64,000 nucleotides of DNA, taken from contig MU619293.1 of the NCBI GenBank assembly GCA_025201805.1, forward strand, positions 123,823 through 187,822, read 5' to 3'. Both the position numbers and the translations under genes were made by a program. Of this stretch, positions 11,288-23,719 are shown one piece after another; the stretch's first letter is position 1; each line of letters starts with the position of its first letter. The DNA is from Parasitella parasitica NRRL 2501. Taxonomy: Eukaryota; Fungi; Mucoromycota. The notes under the pieces were generated by a model. That model saw only the letters and a program-made list of their open reading frames with translations. It did not search any database and was not told the origin of the DNA.

Positions 11288-13745
11288 ATGATTATTAGAA
11301 TCAAGCCTATCTTGTTGTTAGGCATTATGGGATCATTTGTTACTATCGCTTTTATTTATCAAATCCTTAAGCCAAGCTTACAACAAGTAAGCACCAGGTA
11401 TCTGGATTCTACCGAAATTACCAACTACACACTATTAGAATCACTGTTTTCAGGTACGACACTTAGCAAACAAGTCTTATGAGAATTTATTTATAGATTT
11501 ATATAGTTTCATCATACTACCATAGTGTAACAGAACCTGAAAGTCAGGACACCCATATCATTCCGACGCTTAAAGATCTCGAAGAATTTGATCTCGACAA
11601 GCTCAAGACGAGATTCATGATACCAATGCCTTCTAACATCAGCACAACAGTTATCTTTAAGTATGATTCATTTCAACTAGCATCTATTCAGCTTGACTTT
11701 CTGCTCTGTCAATCGATGCCGCCAACTGTCGTTTACATTGTGTGTTCAAAGAAGGACAGGCATACAGTTATAGACCTCATTCAAGAGAAGGAAGAAAAGT
11801 TCCATATCGCAAATGTGATTCGACCTAGTGCCACAGCCAAAGATGAAAAGAGTGCTTGGTTTACTGGACTCGGACACTACGACATCAACACTGATTTTGT
11901 GGTTTTGCTGGATAACAACCAAGTTTTGCCAAGTAGCAAGTATGTCGAGTTCATCGTTCGCTTGTTACATTCATCGACATTTGTAAACACTCTTGTTGGC
12001 ACCGAAAGCAGACATTGTCAGCAAACGAACAAAGCAAAATATGTGAAGCTGCTTCAGGACGTTTGGGTGCTAAAAAGAGAATGGTTTTTGACGTTGCTAT
12101 TGTCATCATCACCATCAAATGCCATTTCGTCGGATTTGTATAGTGCTTTACAGATTCCATCTGTGTTGATCCCTAGCGATGATTTACTAACTGGCAATAC
12201 CAACAGAAGAGTCAATCTAAGCGAATGCGTTGATGGCCCCAGTGTTTGGGAAAGAGAGGATTCCGTAGCATTTTACACAGAGAATCAGCCATCGTCTGCT
12301 TTAGAGAAATTAGTATGCCAATTTGCGTCTCAACATCAAGCTGTTTACATGATAACAAATGCAGCTCAAGTCAAATCACCTGCATGCCTTCTTCAAAAAC
12401 CCAACGTGAACCATTATTCAGTTTCTTCAAAGGAAGAGTTTGCTGTCATAGTCAATCAAATACAAGCACGGATTGTCATGCATCAAGAGAAAAACAACAG
12501 GATGTTAGACGCGGCAAGTATCAAAGATACGACCCTGATTGCACTCCCTGATTTGGAGCATCATAGCGATATGCGATGGCTATCAACGCTGTCAATTGAA
12601 TCATTGAAGGGTAAGGAAGGTACTTTATTCTGTGGCACATAACTTATCCCCTTCCTTCAGAATGGAACACACCTTCTGTCAAGCTAATTGTCACTACATC
12701 TGGACGCAACAAGTCCTCTCAAGTGGAACGGATATTTAATTCGATCAAGAATGCAGACTATTTAGGAGATCAAGTTGATATATCAATTTTAATGGATGGG
12801 AAAAGTGATGAGTTGACAACAAAGCTTGTTGATAATTTACAATGGGACATTGGTGACAAGCAGGTTCGTCGTCGTATATCCAGCGTACACCCAATGCAAA
12901 TATTTGCAGAAGCCTGGTATCCTTCCAGTGACCATGAATATGCTGTCATACTCGATGACCGCGTGGAATTATCAAATGCCTACTACATCTGGATAAAGTA
13001 CAGCTTGCTAAAGTACCGTTACTCGACAACAACAAACAAACACACGTTTGGCATCAGTCTCTACTCACCACGTATTGTAGATACCGATCCATCTGGACGT
13101 CGCCCATTATTATCACCACCTACTCGCAACAGTCATAATGACGCTTCCCCTTATTTAATGCAAGCACCTTGCAGCTCCGGTGCTCTATACTTTCCTCAGC
13201 ATTGGAGAGAGTTCCACGACTACATAACTGCGAGATTAGCTGATCAGGCGATTGTGAAAAGAGGGTCGGGAAACAAGCATCTGCTCAAGGATTCTCTGTT
13301 GACAATCTCAAGAACGAATCGATGGATAAACTCCTGGAGAAAGTACTTTGACGAAATGGCCTACATGCGTGGATATGTTATGCTGTATCCGTCCGTTCAT
13401 ACCAGCTACTCGACGCTGCACATAAATCTGAACAAAAAGCTAAGGAAGATGTATCCCTTTGCAGAAAAATTATACAATGTACCTCTCAGTCGCACACTAC
13501 CATCTTCATTACCAGATGCACACGATTTACCAGTCCTAGATTTACACGGAAAGTCTTCAGATATGGCTACTTTGGGAAGTAGAGGACGCAGGCTACAACG
13601 TGAATTCAGTGCTTGTAAGCCAACAGGCAAGATCCATGACTATGATGCCTCAGATATGCTGTGCTCGTTCAACCGATTGATACAAATACCCATAGAAGAG
13701 TCGATTGATACTATTTCTATTAAATCAGTAAGTCTCTACACCTAA
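11288..13745 (+). CDS. Type II membrane glycosyltransferase-like protein (GT-A / GT2-related fungal-plant family), multi-exon
   Basis: N-terminal TM anchor. C-terminal domain EAWYPSSDHEYAVILDDRVELS..FGISLYSPR..PYLMQAPCSSGALYFPQHWREFHDY..SWRKYFDEMAYMRGYVMLYP. Internal exon boundaries are approximate. Confidence 0.7.
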
Positions 13746-13885
13746 ATTCTACACACACCACTCAATTCCTGCATAAATAAACTTGTTCTTTATTTTTTCA
13801 TTTCCCCTCCTCCCTTTTCTTCTGTTTATTTCTTTCTCTACCTGTATTACACATCCACCATTCCTTAAATTTACGTAAAATTAAT

Positions 13886-16013
13886 ATGCCCGTGAATAAC
13901 GGTGAAGGTTCTGAAGAAGATCCAACTCAATCACAGCCGAAGCCACAGCCACAGCCACAGCCTCAGCAACAGGAGAAGAGACCATTATTACCAAAATACG
14001 CTACAACGACGCACGCAGATAAAAAAATTGCGTCTGTATCGACCACTGATTTCAACAAGAATCTAACTGTAGAAAAGGCTCATTTTGACTCTGCATGCTC
14101 AACTAATATTCCTCACCCTCCCACAGCTAGTGCTTCCACTCCTGTATCTCCTCCGCCTCCATTAGTAACAACACCACCGCCAATTGAAGAACAACCCGAT
14201 TCAATTAATACTATCCCTCCGCTAAAAACATCTGTGACACTGCCCACAGTAAACACAAGTCAATCACTGAGTGGTGCTTCAACCCCCACGGCAGCCTCAA
14301 TCATAAACACGATACCAAGTCAAAGCACCCCATTGCTGACTAAATCGACAAAGCCTGCTAAAACTGAAGTAAATGAGAAATATATCAATTGACACCTGAT
14401 TTTTCCTTTNNNNNNNNNNNNNNNNNNNNNNNNNNNNNNNNNNNNNNNNNNNNNGATGGCATAAATAAATAACCTTATTATAGGATCGTCGAAGTACTAT
14501 CAAGAGGAAAAAGTTGCCGCCCATGAGTGGTACAGCCACCCCATCTGAAGTGTTTCATAGGAATTTGGTTGATGCAGTGTCCAATGTAGAAGGTTTGTTA
14601 TGTTGTACATGGTAAAATTAATACTGATGCAATTAGATAGATTCCGATGAGAATGAGCAATATGTGTATCCTTACAGTGGTAACAATACGGACACGACAT
14701 ATCACATAAACTCAACAGACTCCATTCATCGCACCACATCGTCTTCACTCTATAGACCTCAATCAACGCGGTCGTTCATACACAACTCGTCTCAGCAAGA
14801 TTCGGTACCGACGAAATCCTCCTCAGGCTTTTTAGGAGATCTCCTTCGACCCATTTTGTTTAAAAGCAAGTCAGATTCAAAGGCAATCTACAAGCAGCAG
14901 CAGCAGCAGCAGCAGAGAGAAGAGCACTTATCTCGCCCAAAGCTTAGAAGCTATGTCATGGATCATCCCTACACGCAAACGAAAGATTGGTGTGATGGTA
15001 AGCATAGTCCTCCTTTATCTCAAGGCGGTGGAGGAATAGGAAATCGGCGCACACTGTATACAAATTATGGCCTTGGTGGCGATGGTGGATACACAACAGA
15101 TGATGAAGAGGCTCAGCACCTACTGGCTACTGTCCAGACTCACCCAACAAGACGATTACAGCATCAGCAGCAACAGCAGCAAACACAACAAAATAGGCAT
15201 AGAAAACAAACAAATGCATGGTAAACGAAAAGCACGTTCGCATCAAATAATACTAACTCTACACACACATTTTTCACACAAGCTCACGAATATTGCGAAA
15301 TCTTTTGATTGTCCTAATATCAACTGCAATTGTGTTATTTTTATGCATCACATATATAGCAAAGCCGCTTGGAAAAGTCAGTGTAGAGATCAGTCGTGTT
15401 CTGTCATCCGACAAGGAGCTGATTTTTGATTTGCACATCAATGCCATCAATTCAAACATTTGGACAGTACATGTTGCGGAGGCAGACATCAGCGTATTTG
15501 CCTTTAGTCAGGTAGTTCCCATGAATTCCTTACCTCCCATTGCACGAGGTATAGATCCTGCAGAGTATCTAGGCGGCTTTTATCATTTTGACGAACCATT
15601 GTCTTTTCCATCCACCTTTCTGTCCCAAAATCCTGTTACTGCCATAAGTCAAATCCGCATAAAATCACCTGGGGCTGATAAAAGTGGAAATGAGCGATGG
15701 TATGTGTTTTTGGGATACTTGTAATCATTAGATCTCATCCAATTCATGACTACGCACTCTTAGGTCTCGCATTATCCGATACCCCTATGGGCTTGTGGTC
15801 AGAGGTGTCCTCAAATACAGGCCATTGGCATTTCTAAGTCCATATCCACAATCAGTTGCTATTTGTGATGTGGTTCGTGTGAATCCGACAACTGACAAGG
15901 TATCGGAAGACCCCGACCAAGGCTTTTGTTTGAGTTATCGTGATAATCACACTGTTACCACAGTGGCTGTCGGTTCTCGTAAAGACAAGCAAACAATGAA
16001 TGGTGATTATTAA
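13886..16013 (+). CDS. VAC7: Vacuolar segregation protein Vac7-like (Fab1 PI3P 5-kinase regulator), multi-exon, spans assembly gap
   Basis: Low-complexity N-terminus and TM helix, then VLSSDKELIFDLHINAINSN..ADISVFA..LGGFYHFDEPLSF..IRIKSPG..ERW/SRIIRYPYGLVVRGVLKY, matching the Vac7 lumenal domain. Confidence 0.8.
14410..14454. other. Assembly gap (N run)
   Basis: Run of n characters inside the VAC7 locus, next to a T-rich tract. Confidence 1.
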
Positions 16014-16714
16014 GCGGCTCATTCTCCCTTCCCTTTTCATACACATATATATATATATATATATAAAAGACAATATTGTAATATACTCCTTTTGCCAAAA
16101 ATAAAACAAGAATGTCGCACAATTCATTACAAGTGTCAAAGGATCGCTTCAAATCAGTTGTGCGATAAATAAAGGATTAATCTTGTGAAAGCTTGATTTG
16201 TTGCCCTCGTCGTATAAATATGGACCAGAGGAGAAATATTTGCTGTCAATATCGCAAAGAAAACAGCTTCAACTGTCTATACATTTGCTGTTCACGCATG
16301 CTCTGCTACTATGCATTTATTTCAATCTAAGAGCAAGACATCTTGACGATAGACCATTTGAAAGCGTCCTGACAGAATTGATACTTGAATAAGGTCCTAT
16401 TTTTCGTTGAGGTAACTTTTCCCCGGTGTAGCCTGTTCTACATGGATATGGTACTATAAAACTCACAGTAACATCATAATGGCATTATTTAGGATGTATG
16501 GCATATAAAAATGCTACTGTCCTCTTTGCCTTGAACAATGTTTAAATCTTCTTGATGTAGATTTTAAACTAGTGAGCGATCCCCTTCTCTGATTAACTTC
16601 ATCGTAAATCTTTGATGATGCAACTTTGATGGCCATTTTCTAATCATGTCAATTGATACTACCTCTCACCCAAAAATTACTTGAAATGTGTGAATTGCTA
16701 GGAGAGTCTCCCTA

Positions 16715-16751
<37 letters not shown>

Positions 16752-17508
16752 GCAACTCATAATAGTCTTGTATATTGTGGGAAGCTCATCGGTTCACGTA
16801 AATACTCATTTTCATTAATTAAAAACAGCTGTACATGGTATACCGTGTTCATTTGATACGTTACGGTTACAAATCATGTCTGTGTCTGTGTCTGTGTCTG
16901 TGTGTTTATTGCGCCAAGAAGTTCCAATTATCCTGACATGATCTTTTCACATATGGTTATATATTTCGTCACCCCCATTGAAACAGACTATATATCGTTT
17001 AGTGCCAGCGTCTGTGGCGTTGGGGAAAGCCGGAGTTGGACACCCTCATAATAAAACCTCGCGAGATGACAGATTGGTACCATGGGATCTTCAATTCGGA
17101 TATTTATTGTGGGCCCAAGGACAATAAATTGCTTTTTTTGGTAGACTAATTAAGAGCTTAAAAACAATAAGGAGGAACTAGAACCTCAACAAAAATTACC
17201 AATCTAATTGATCCAGGCATCAGCAAAGCCAGCAGACGCTACTCTGCATATACGCAAAATGCAAAAATATTGTTTTATATACTGGATGACAGGATGTGTT
17301 TCTGTTTGTTTAGATTTGGACTATTTTGACTCATGACAAAAGAGGCACGAAAATAAGAGGATATGGTTGCCAGCTAACAGGTCGATTAATTAACAAAAGT
17401 ACAATGAACGCAGTTGGAAGAAGGGGTCCAGATTAATTAATCAGGTTTTGTATAAATACAAGCAACTTTGCTATCTCATTTCATTTCTAGCTTGCTAATT
17501 CATTCGTC

Positions 17509-18387
17509 ATGAACTCCTCTTCTACACCGCTTTCCGGCTGGCTACATAAATTGACAACTGCAAATACGTTTGGTGCATCCAGGTGGCAATCCCGATATTT
17601 CGTTTTACTCGAGTCTGAAATGCGCTATTACAAGGATGAGCATTCTGTCAACGCTTCAAGGACAGTAAATCTCGGCGACATTGCACAGGTTATCAAAACA
17701 ACTCTGCCGAGCCATCCCTACTGCTTTCGATTAGAGCCTACTTTATATGCCAAACAGCACCAATATACAAAACAACAGAAAAAGATTTGGATAATGAAAT
17801 GCAAATCACAACTAGAACTTGATTTCTGGGTGTCTGCTCTCAATCATCGATTGTGTAAATTAGCAAAATTTGCAGACAGCAGCGAAGACGAGGAGGACGA
17901 GGAGGAGGCACAGAAGCAAGGGCAAGTGCAAGAGCAAGAGCAAGACGAGGAACCAACTGGCATGGTTTCTCCTAGACTTCAACCTTTTTCTACTCCTGAA
18001 CAAAGGCGTTCTCAACCTCTCGTGTCATTATATCGTGTGCTGGCAACATATTCCGCTGACCCTCTCCAGCAGCAGCAGCAGCAACAACAACAAACCCTCA
18101 AGTCTCCACCTAGACCCTTAAGAAAGCCCAAACCGTCTATTTCTCGCAGAAGAGGTGTCATTCTATCACCGCTTGATATCGAAAGCATCCCTGGGCTGGA
18201 AATTGACATGCTGGCATCGTCATCCTCTCGAGAATCCAGCATTCCTTCGCCAGCAGTAGAGACTAGAGATGAAGAATGTCAAAATGAAACGATGGGCCAA
18301 GCAAAGAAACTGGTAATGCATAATGTTCATGTAATAGATGCATCTTCTCCCACTTTTGCACTGTATAAAGCACGCTATCACCTCTAG
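17509..18387 (+). CDS. PH-domain protein (single exon)
   Basis: SGWLHKL..WQSRYFVLL..MRYYKDE..FRLEP..CKSQLELDFWVSAL is a PH fold, followed by an acidic/Q-rich tail. TATAAA lies at ~17451. Confidence 0.85.
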   Translation: MNSSSTPLSGWLHKLTTANTFGASRWQSRYFVLLESEMRYYKDEHSVNASRTVNLGDIAQVIKTTLPSHPYCFRLEPTLYAKQHQYTKQQKKIWIMKCKSQLELDFWVSALNHRLCKLAKFADSSEDEEDEEEAQKQGQVQEQEQDEEPTGMVSPRLQPFSTPEQRRSQPLVSLYRVLATYSADPLQQQQQQQQQTLKSPPRPLRKPKPSISRRRGVILSPLDIESIPGLEIDMLASSSSRESSIPSPAVETRDEECQNETMGQAKKLVMHNVHVIDASSPTFALYKARYHL

Positions 18388-18542
18388 AGCCTTATCGTTA
18401 TTCCCCGCACCAACTACATGTAATATCACCAGCCTTCATATTCTAATTGTACAAATAAATAAACCCGTTCTATACATATTATTTTTTTAAAATATAAAAA
18501 CGTTTTATATAGTATATGTATATATCGGAAGTCAAGTTAAAT

Positions 18543-18821
18543 TTACATAAGTGCACAACCACAACCAGCTGTTGGCTCTGCGAATGGATCAGGGTTTCTA
18601 TTGCCCCAGACCGATGGTATCATCATGTCTTGGTTCGTTTGGCAGTACTCAATAAGGCTATTGTATTGCTTGTTAGCTTAATACATGAACAAAATGGTCA
18701 GTGCTTACGATCGACTTGCTTCTGAAATAGGTATGCGAGAAATTTCTAATTGTTCTTTTAGTTTGTCGTTTAATTCAAGCAATTTTCGTAATTTGGCTTC
18801 TGCAATTGCTTGTCGTGGCAT
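18543..18821 (-). CDS. Heterotrimeric G-protein gamma subunit (2 exons; absent from ORF track)
   Basis: Spliced across intron 18658-18708: MPRQAIAEAKLRKLLELNDKLKEQLEISRIPISEASRSLIEYCQTNQDMMIPSVWGNRNPDPFAEPTAGCGCALM*. GGL domain with CaaX box CALM. Confidence 0.93.
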
Positions 18822-19568
18822 GATTGAAGTTTAGAATGAAAGGTGATAGAGACAAGAAAGAAGAAAAGGTAAACGAAAAGGTAAACGAAAAAGAAAGAGA
18901 AAGAGAGATTATATAAACCAGAAAAAGGGGGTGAATGGTACACATCAATATGAGCTTACACAGAAGAATGATTTTTTTAAGGAGTGATTTTTTTCCTTTT
19001 AGAAGGGGGGGGGGGAGATGTGGTGGATACACAGCCGATTTTTACGGTAAAATCCGGTTTCAAGGCAGTTGATTATGTTGTTTAGCTAAAGTATACTACG
19101 AGTAAAATAGGGGAGGGTGTTGTAGAGCTCTAATACACCAACAAGACGAGGCTATGAGGCATATGTACGCATCTCCTTACAAACAACTTGCAAATAGATA
19201 GCAGTCTGATTTGCGCTATACACTTTCTTTCTCTTCTTTCCCATCTATAAACGAAATGGTTTACAATTGGTCTCTATTCAAGTTTATTAAATCTTATTAC
19301 ACTGCGACCCTTGTACCACAGCGACTGCACCAACAACAAACAGACGAATATGTGAGTTTAACATTGTATCCACTGACTCTGAAAAATCAAGTTGTCAGCA
19401 AAAAAAAGCTTTATGCCCGCACTAGTAAAAATCAGCTTGGTTTGCAAATGACCATGATTACCTCGTTTTCACCCATTCATCTAGACTACAAATTATCCCG
19501 CGATTGAATTTTTGTTTATTAAAAGAGATTGTATATATATATATATATATCGTATAGTGTAATATAGT

Positions 19569-19583
19569 GGTGTGTTGTGTGTG

Positions 19584-19621
<38 letters not shown>
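19569..19621. repeat. (GT)n microsatellite
   Basis: Long gtgtgt run just 3' of TMS1; a (TA)n run lies at 19532-19550. Confidence 0.95.
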
Positions 19622-19625
<4 letters not shown>

Positions 19626-19629
19626 TGGT

Positions 19630-21412
19630 TTAATAATCCTATCATGCAAATAAAACGTTAGCATCATGCCAGCAGTGCGCGCTGCATATACTGTACCTCA
19701 AATCTGTCAGGCATCAGCACTGGTGCGACCAAAGACCAAATGTAAATGATATGGCAGATCCATCCTGAAACAATCTTGACCCAAACTGCCGTGTAACTTT
19801 GTCCAATTCGAACGAGATCACCGCCATCATGCCCAACACCATCTTTGAATTGAATAGTGTTCCAATTGGTCAACACCATCGAAACATACATGGCAGCAAT
19901 CGCAAACACAAAGTGGAAGAACGAGTAGCTGTACAATGAGCCGAACCTTTCGTCATCTTTATCGTCAATGTTGCTATCCAATTCATCGTCGTCGTCGTCT
20001 TCGTACAGAACTGAGCGAGGCAACGCGCTGTGTGAGGATTAGAGAGTCAATACAGTGTCTGCATAGGACATTAGTACAACTTACCCTTGTTCCACAGCTG
20101 TAATCAGATGCTCTCTAGCAGTGCCTCGAGTACTCATGCGTTGAGCTCCGGCCTCTACTTGATTAGCCATTAATGGAACAGCGCTTGAGGTATCCAAAGA
20201 TTCATGATCATTTAGTCTCGGCCTACCTGAAGACTTGCTAATGAAGGCGCCGTCCTGAGTAGCAGCACGGCTGGTCGAATAAGCAACAGCCAGAAAAGTA
20301 AACACAGCGCCTAGCACCACAGATGTCGTTTGAGGGCCAATCGACTTGCGCAATGGATTGCATTCTTTATCGTTGGGCTCATTCGCAACAGCAGACAAAA
20401 CCAGGTATGTGCAGTAGATGACAACAATTGAAGCCTGAGACAGGCCAGATCTGGCATTCCCTTCCTGAATTCGGGGAGAAATACACAGCAGTGTGACCAA
20501 GACGCAGAGGATGAGATTCAATGTGACAAAGAACTGGTTCAAAGAGCAGCCGTTTGTAGCAAAGAATCCATACATAATGCCAGTCAGCGTAATTGCACCA
20601 GCAAACATGAGCAGTGTGCCGATAATCAGAATGTTTTTCCATAAATTAGAGTCATTCATTTCGTAATTTTCGATACATCGCTCGGTCCAACTGTGAGCAA
20701 AATCCACAAGCAACACCAAACCAAACAAGATGAAGATGGCGGCTCCAAACAATGCAAAGTAGTTTCCCCACACCATGAAAAATCCGCTTGGAATAAAGAA
20801 CGAAATTACCAACAACACGATCCACGCCAATATTTTGGGTCCCCACCAGCCGTTTTGTATAGCTGCTCTCTTTTGTCGGCTATCATGGACACCTATCAAC
20901 AGGCACCCTAAAATTGCGTGAAACAGCACAAGAGCAAAGGACACCCGATGCACACCCATTACACCATAGCAACTGCCTTCTGCACAGTCCAATTTCATGT
21001 AGTCAAGTGTGAGATGTTCTAGTTTTTTGATGGCCCAGTTGGATAGCATGAGCCATGCAAGCTACATACAAGAAAAGTAAGAACCTGCGATTTTTTTTTT
21101 TGCTAGATGTATTTCACAGCTTACAATCGAGTTGAATAAAAAGATGATCTACAGAGTAAAATTTCCATTAGCAAATTTAGATGGTTGCATTTAGATATCC
21201 AGCTTACCGCATAGCCTATGCGAGTTGCTATGGAATTATTACAGTTGCAGCTATTTTTGCAGAGTAAGGTCGCTGATGGCGGCTTCTGTCGAGATTTTGA
21301 TAGCATACCTTTTAAAGGCTAACGAGCAGGCTGCCGCAGAAAAGCAGCCTGCAATCCAAGTGCCTACAGTCGATAAAGCAGGTAAAGCAAGGCAACTAAG
21401 AGCTGCTCCCAT
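19630..21412 (-). CDS. TMS1: Serine incorporator (SERINC/TMS1 family) membrane protein
   Basis: MGAALSC..CFSAAACSL/SCNCNNSIATRIGYA..CYGVMGVHRVSFAL..RAAIQNGWWGPK..YSYSFFHFVFAIAAMY..LTNW..WVKIVSGWIC..PDRFE/DY*. The final intron with a GCTAAC branch site puts the stop at 19630. Confidence 0.95.
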
Positions 21413-21639
21413 GGTTGTGATATATGTTCGAAGAAGAACAAAAAAAAAAAAAAAAAAAAAGAAAAAGGAAAAAAGCACACCTCGGGGTTTGCTCAATTTC
21501 TTAATTTATCCACAATGATGCAATTTTATTGTTGAAGCGGTGTGTGCCTATCAGCACCTATTAATAGGGTCATTAGATGAATATTGCTAATGTCGTTAAA
21601 TGTAAATGATATCTAATAAGTTGGTGCGAACTTTTGTGC

Positions 21640-22803
21640 TCATGACACCCACGGCAGAGGGCCATGGTACAAGGCATTGTTGGAGGGGCAGTAGTTTAGC
21701 AAAGGAGCCAAAATCGGACATGAAGCGCTGTAAGGATGTCTGGTTGAAAAGGGCTTCTCAGTAGCCGTAATAGAAATGCAAATCAGCAGAGCTTACCTTC
21801 TACGAAATGGATTTCTGTGCATCTTCTTTTGCTTCAATGTACCATGACAGCCGTACAAATCCCTCTCAAACGGTCTCACAGAGTTATTCATCTCGCCCTC
21901 TGCTCGAGAAGGATCTTGGTCTGCTGGATCAATGCCAATGTAATGAAATCTGAACGGATCATAAATACACATGGTAAAGTAATCCAAACAACAGCACACT
22001 TACTGGTCAACGGGGTATCCGATCGAGTGTCTGTGGATGTCCTCAAATCTCTTTCGTTTGAACTCAAAACCAACTATGGTTATCTGGTTTGGATAATTGC
22101 CTGTCATCTCTGAAAAGCGGCAGATGGAAAACAGTAGATTTTCATGCGAGTCTTTTGCGTATTCTTCTGTGATCATCCTTTGGATCAGGCTTGATTTCAA
22201 CTCTGCTGATATGCTAGTGTCGTGCTGCAACAGCAGGTGAGCGATGCTCCAGTAGGACGATGCCTCTGATCGTGGGCCAGCATCTGGTCTTGTTTCACCA
22301 CTGCACATTGTAATTCAGTTAGTCGTCATTGTCATGGTTACAGAGTGTCTTGTTTACCCTGAGAATATTAATGATGCTTTTTCATCTTGTTTTAATATAT
22401 CAATGCCCTTTTGAATATGCTGAATGAATGTGTTTACTTGGCCGCCTTGTTGGTAGGGCTCCAAAATCCAGTGTTTATCGTTTGTAGTCTGTTCCATATC
22501 GTCAGGGCCTGTGTAAATAGCGTGTCCAGCTACAATTATAGCGTGATGGCTTTCTGTCAGTGGAAAAGGAGGCAAAGGGTCATGCGAGCTGAATATTCCA
22601 GGATGATTTGATGGTTTTTGGTTGCTGTACTGGATTATGTTCAGAAACAAACTAAAGAGCAGTACTGTCAGCAAGATAAAGATGGGCAATTGTCGTTTAT
22701 TGAGCCTTCTCCATAGACTGTTTTGCGTTTGTCCGCCTGTAAATGATGTGGTGTCAATATGTAAGGGCAGTATGGCCTTTCGTTTAGGATTGTTCGTATT
22801 CAT
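21640..22803 (-). CDS. DUF218-domain protein (YOR238W-like), N-terminal TM, multi-exon
   Basis: HAIIVAGHAIY..WILEPYQ..LIFSG/GETRPDAGPRSEASSYW..TEEYAKDSHENLLFSICRF..GFEFKRKRF..RNPFRRRHPYSASCP..GPLPWVS*. Confidence 0.85.
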
Positions 22804-23719
22804 TATTTTGTAAAGAGAAAGGGTCGTTTAAAACTTTTCAACATCCACTGCAGCTTCGTAGTATCAATATTGAAGTGCAGTATAAAGTTTGAAATGGTCA
22901 AGCTAGTAGAAATCTTTTTTCAACATGTAGATAGAGAGTCTTCACACTGGCCAGACAAAGGTCATTACAGATGGTTTGTTTAAACGAATATCCGTTTTAT
23001 CGAACGCTCAGAAACTGCGTCTTCTTTGTTATACAGTAATATTGCTATACGCCATCATGGTTCATGCAAAATACAGGATGCATAGCGAGCATTAGCGTGT
23101 CCGGAGCATCGACTGTATAATCTATGTGTGCACAGTGCTCGACTAAGAAATGCAGTTCACATCAAAAATCGTTCAATACCGTTGTTATCACTGATTTCGG
23201 CGTAAATGAAACACAGTTGCAATGCTTTTTTTAGATCTGCTTTGCTGCTGATAAACGGTACTCCTGGATGGGAAATAGCCATCTGAAATATAGTAGTCAA
23301 AAACACGATCTTTTTTTTTTTTTAAAAAAAAAAAGAGCTAATGCAATTCGACAATGTCCATGAATGATACGATAGAAATGTCATAATGTCATTCAGAGCC
23401 AGTTATAAACATTAGCTCGATAGTGGAATCAACTCGATTTGAACAAGGCAAAGAAAAAAAAAGGGGGGGGGGTTGGGGGTACAGTTGGCAAATCGCTGTA
23501 GGAGAGAGATAATATGTCGATTTGTTGTTCTATGAATAATCAGGGTGGTGAAACAAGATAAATGAGTGTATACGGGCATAATTTTGATGGAATTGAAAAT
23601 CGAAATTCAATAGTGTTTGTCAGATCTTGGTGGTAGCTCGCCGAGTATAAATAGAAACTCCATTTTGAATACAAATCAGATCCACACTACTCTTCTCCTC
23701 CTCTACTACACAGTTGAAC

